64,000 nt of DNA. It comes from Halocafeteria seosinensis. Lineage: Eukaryota. The stretch lies in assembly GCA_001687465.1 (NCBI GenBank), contig LVLI01000141.1, forward strand, positions 124,001 through 188,000. Reading direction: 5' to 3'. The notes under the pieces are model-generated. The model searched no databases and was not told where the DNA came from. It saw only the letters and a program-made list of their open reading frames with translations. The stretch's first letter is position 1; every line of letters begins with the position of its first letter. Shown piece after piece: positions 60,720-64,000 of this stretch. Both the position numbers and the translations under genes were made by a program.

Positions 60720-61199
60720 AGGGGGCGCCGATGCAGACCATGTTACAGCGTTAAAGCTTCCATCACTAGCATCGTACCAAATCTGGGAAGTCGGATTCAT
60801 ATAGAACGACAATATTCTCGGAACACAATTTTCTCAAGGCCACTGTCCTTGCAGGAACACCCGTGTACGATACCCCATACTCGGCAGTTCCCGGGCAAAT
60901 CTCTTGGAACTGAGTATGATTTCAAGCCAGAGAACATGATAGTATAAGGTCAGTTCCCCTGTATGTGTGTCTGGCAAGCGACACGATTGATGTATTTGCA
61001 CCCTTTGCGATCCACGAAGAAGAATATAAAAGAAAGGAAAAGTGAAATCAATAGCTACAGCTCGACAATTTATACAAATTAGCATGTGTGCGTGTGCATA
61101 CTCAGTATTGTGTTTGTTTCAGTCAAGGAATTCTGGGTGTTACAGAAGAAATTTATCATCTAGCCGAAACAATTTGTCATATGGATGTCTTGTGCGTCA

Positions 61200-62126
61200 T
61201 TAAAATCTCTGTTGTAGTCGAGAGGCCACTTGTCTCATCTGGTTATATACCTTTCCGGGAGGCGCACCGAGTATCAAGCTGCAGATAGCATCTCTTGCAA
61301 CTTGAATGTTACTGTAGGCTCCCAGGATATGTATCTTAGAATCTGCAACGACGATTCTCGTGCGGGTAGCATTCTCTATAGCATGCCGTGTCTTCCCCTG
61401 GTGGCCCGCAATCCTACCGATGGCACGGCTCAAATGATCCCCTTTCAGTGACTTAACATCTTGAATCTCGAACGACTCTGTTGCCAATTAACATACATGT
61501 TGTATAGTTCGTATCTATGAATATAATAACTGCTACCAGTGCCTTACCGATGTATAAGTCTTCTAATCGAAGCAAAGCCACAGCGTCGTTAACTTCGAAA
61601 CCTAACATAAAGGCTCGGACAAAGTCCTCAGCTTTTTGGAGCGCAGAGAAGTCCTCTGTATACTCCGAAGTCTGTATCAAGCGGGAAAAAAACACAATCA
61701 TTATGGCTCGCTTTACAGCACAATACGCATTATGTGAGAGATCGTACCCTCATCTCGACACATCTCGTCTTCGGGTTAAATCTAATCTGTAGCTTCATGT
61801 ATTCCACGACGGGTCGCATTATGTCCTCCCATTGCTCACGTAAGGGTGTATATCGGTGCTGAGGCACCCTAATGGAACGAGTCTCTGATTGTTTGGTCTG
61901 CAAACGAATAATAGTTGCATAAGAGCCTCCCTGTCTATCTGGGTGTCAGGCTAGACAATCCACATACTGCCACGTCCGCTGCACGAAGAGCTGGAAATGA
62001 AGGTCGACTGTCTGTCTTGCCCGGTCCACTAGCGCTAGCGTCTCCACTACCGCTGGCATGTGTTCCATTGCTGGCTGAATGCATTTCCACGTCTTGCGAC
62101 GGGATCTCTTCCTCCGCTGCGCTCAT
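61200..62126 (-). CDS. PNO1: RNA-binding KH-domain protein PNO1/Dim2 (40S biogenesis), multi-exon
   Basis: [72 protein letters not shown]. Confidence 0.96.
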
Positions 62127-62462
62127 TTTCTTCTCTTCCTAAGCCTTATCACTCAGGTCAGACTGTTGCAGACGATAGTGCCGAACTATATGACTACTCA
62201 ACGGGCTTCTACAAACACCTATGCGCATCATGCCACGCACATCCTCGCTGTATATGGAGGATGGCGGTCTGACACCTTCAGGTTGAAGTTATACTGAAAC
62301 ATTTGATTGCCATGTTGTCCGCCCTTATCCCGTCGCGGGTTTAATGCTCAGCAAGCCACTCATCTTGTCGTATTGGAAGACATATGAAGACTCCTATGTA
62401 TAATATTGCTTACACGCTCTAAGAATTGTCAACCTGTTATAGGCCTAGAGAGATAGACAAGG

Positions 62463-63623
62463 ATGAAAGGGCTCTTGTTGAACTTGAGCCTCTTGGCGTT
62501 GTGCCTCTTATCCATGTGCGGGTCTGCCGTCGGAGGATACAACCAATCGGAAGCCATTCGCTACGTTTGGGTACGTATACTAATTCGTCATTTGCCTACC
62601 GTCTCCTTCTTGATGCCACAATGTTTCTGTTGTCTGAATGCAGCTGTCGGCCGCGGCTTACTGCAGTGCGGAGAGCATTCGGCACTGGAACTGTGGACGC
62701 CCATGTAGGTTCACGGCGTGGTATTTATAGTGAAATGCATATGGCTTTAACCTGTTTTCGTTTTTCAGGCGAGGAAATACCATCCATGCGAGACGTGAAG
62801 CAGATATACAACGAAGATTACGATGCTCAAGTATACGTTGGGCAGTTCAAAACAAGTTCTGCTGCTGCTGGTAAGCTCCCTTCTTTTTTAGTGTGCTATA
62901 CGCGTTACTATGTATGCATACTCTTGTCAAACAGACACCGTCATAAGCTTTCGAGGGACGATCCCTTCTTCTATACAAGACTGGATCGATGATCTCTATT
63001 TTACTGAAGAGGCTCCGTATCCCTACTGCTCAGGGTGTAAGGTACACAGCGGCTTCTATGATACATACAGTGCGCTAAAGCCACAAATCAAGGAAGCGCT
63101 GAATGACCTTGGGGTGGATTCTTCGACGAACATCCAAATCACAGGGCATAGTCTTGGAGCGGCGCTAGCGGCACTGTGCGCCTTTGATTTGAGACACGAA
63201 GGGTACACTGTGCATCAAGTCTTCACGTTCGGACAGCCGCGTGTGGGAAATAAAGAATTCGCTGAGACGTTTTCATCGACTGTGCACCAGTCCACTACGT
63301 ATAGGGTTGTACATTGGGCAGATATTGTCGCTCAGCTTCCCTGGCAGTCTACGTTTGGCGTGCCATTTCATCACGTCCCCACCGAAGTTTGGTACAACGC
63401 AAATAGCTCTTCGTATACGGTGTGCAATGGCAGTGGTGAGGACCCGAATTGCAGTGACTCACTGGATCTTGCGCTGTCTGTATCGGATCATCTTCACTAC
63501 ATCAATATTCCTATTTCCGGGAGTTGTGACCCTGGTTCGTTCAGTTTCAACGATGCCGCTTCGTTCGAGATATTGAGTGCAGAAGCCAAAAAACAACTTG
63601 ATCGTATAGGGAAATCAAACTAA
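62463..63623 (+). CDS. Secreted lipase, class 3 (multi-exon)
   Basis: Signal peptide, LSAAAYC, ISFRGT, VHSGF, nucleophile GHSLG, TFGQPRVGN, DIVAQLP, DHLHY. Confidence 0.95.
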
Positions 63624-64000
63624 ATGAAGAAGGATGCTTATCCAATAGAGAAATCAATTTTGTCCTAATCATTCAGAGAAGAAAGGTAGGAATAGGTAGG
63701 CAATGTATTCAAGGGTCTGGTAGATAAGTCGTGGAGCTTACGGTAACGTTTGCCGGTGTTCATCCATTAGAGTATCATATTACCCGAATTGATGCGCAGT
63801 TTTACCAACCCTCCTCACCCCCGCCCAGAGGAAACTCCTGTTTAGATTAAAACACTTATGGTATGCTTGCTAGAGCACCAAAAGGACGTAACCAGTTCGA
63901 AAACGGCATATGGCATACTGCCTGCGGACGTGAGGGCTACAATCCTCGTTGTTTAGCCTACAAAGCGCCCGGGAGACAGGAGAGAGACCGACAGTGATCT

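Noticed and set aside
60834..61085. 83-aa minus-strand ORF between the RIIa gene and PNO1
   Set aside because: No recognisable motif or convincing exon structure; probably 3' UTR of PNO1.
1..64000. Fragmented ORFs suggesting pseudogenes, frameshifts or stop-codon reassignment
   Set aside because: The breaks I checked are explained by canonical GT-AG introns in the correct phase, and TAA, TAG and TGA all serve as real terminators.

Overview
Gene-dense eukaryotic nuclear DNA (about 25 protein-coding genes in 64 kb) with short GT-AG spliceosomal introns (mostly 60-130 nt), the standard genetic code and very short intergenic gaps. No rRNA, tRNA, CRISPR array or transposon was recognised. DNAAF1 and an RIIa-domain protein point to a flagellated protist; a SAR/stramenopile-like lineage is my guess and is not established. 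Recognisable housekeeping genes are COPE, DNAAF1, BCAS2/SPF27, NOL10, TIP41, CDP-DAG synthase, a USP deubiquitinase, a thiamine-PP-type mitochondrial carrier, VPS11, PNO1 and a class-3 lipase. Highlights: (1) a ~2,417-aa armadillo-repeat protein with a C-terminal PH domain resembling the apicomplexan glideosome-associated connector (GAC), lying near a degenerate myosin-IQ-RCC1 gene (MyoH-like architecture) and CDP-DAG synthase; (2) a hidden 3-exon, 75-aa microprotein absent from the ORF track; (3) a secreted, intron-containing protein resembling an uncharacterised bacterial family; (4) a VPS11 with no RING finger; (5) a WNK/NRBP-like pseudokinase; (6) convergent genes whose stop codons are only 1 and 8 nt apart. 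All homology calls come from motif recognition by eye, with no database search, and exon boundaries are manual predictions.
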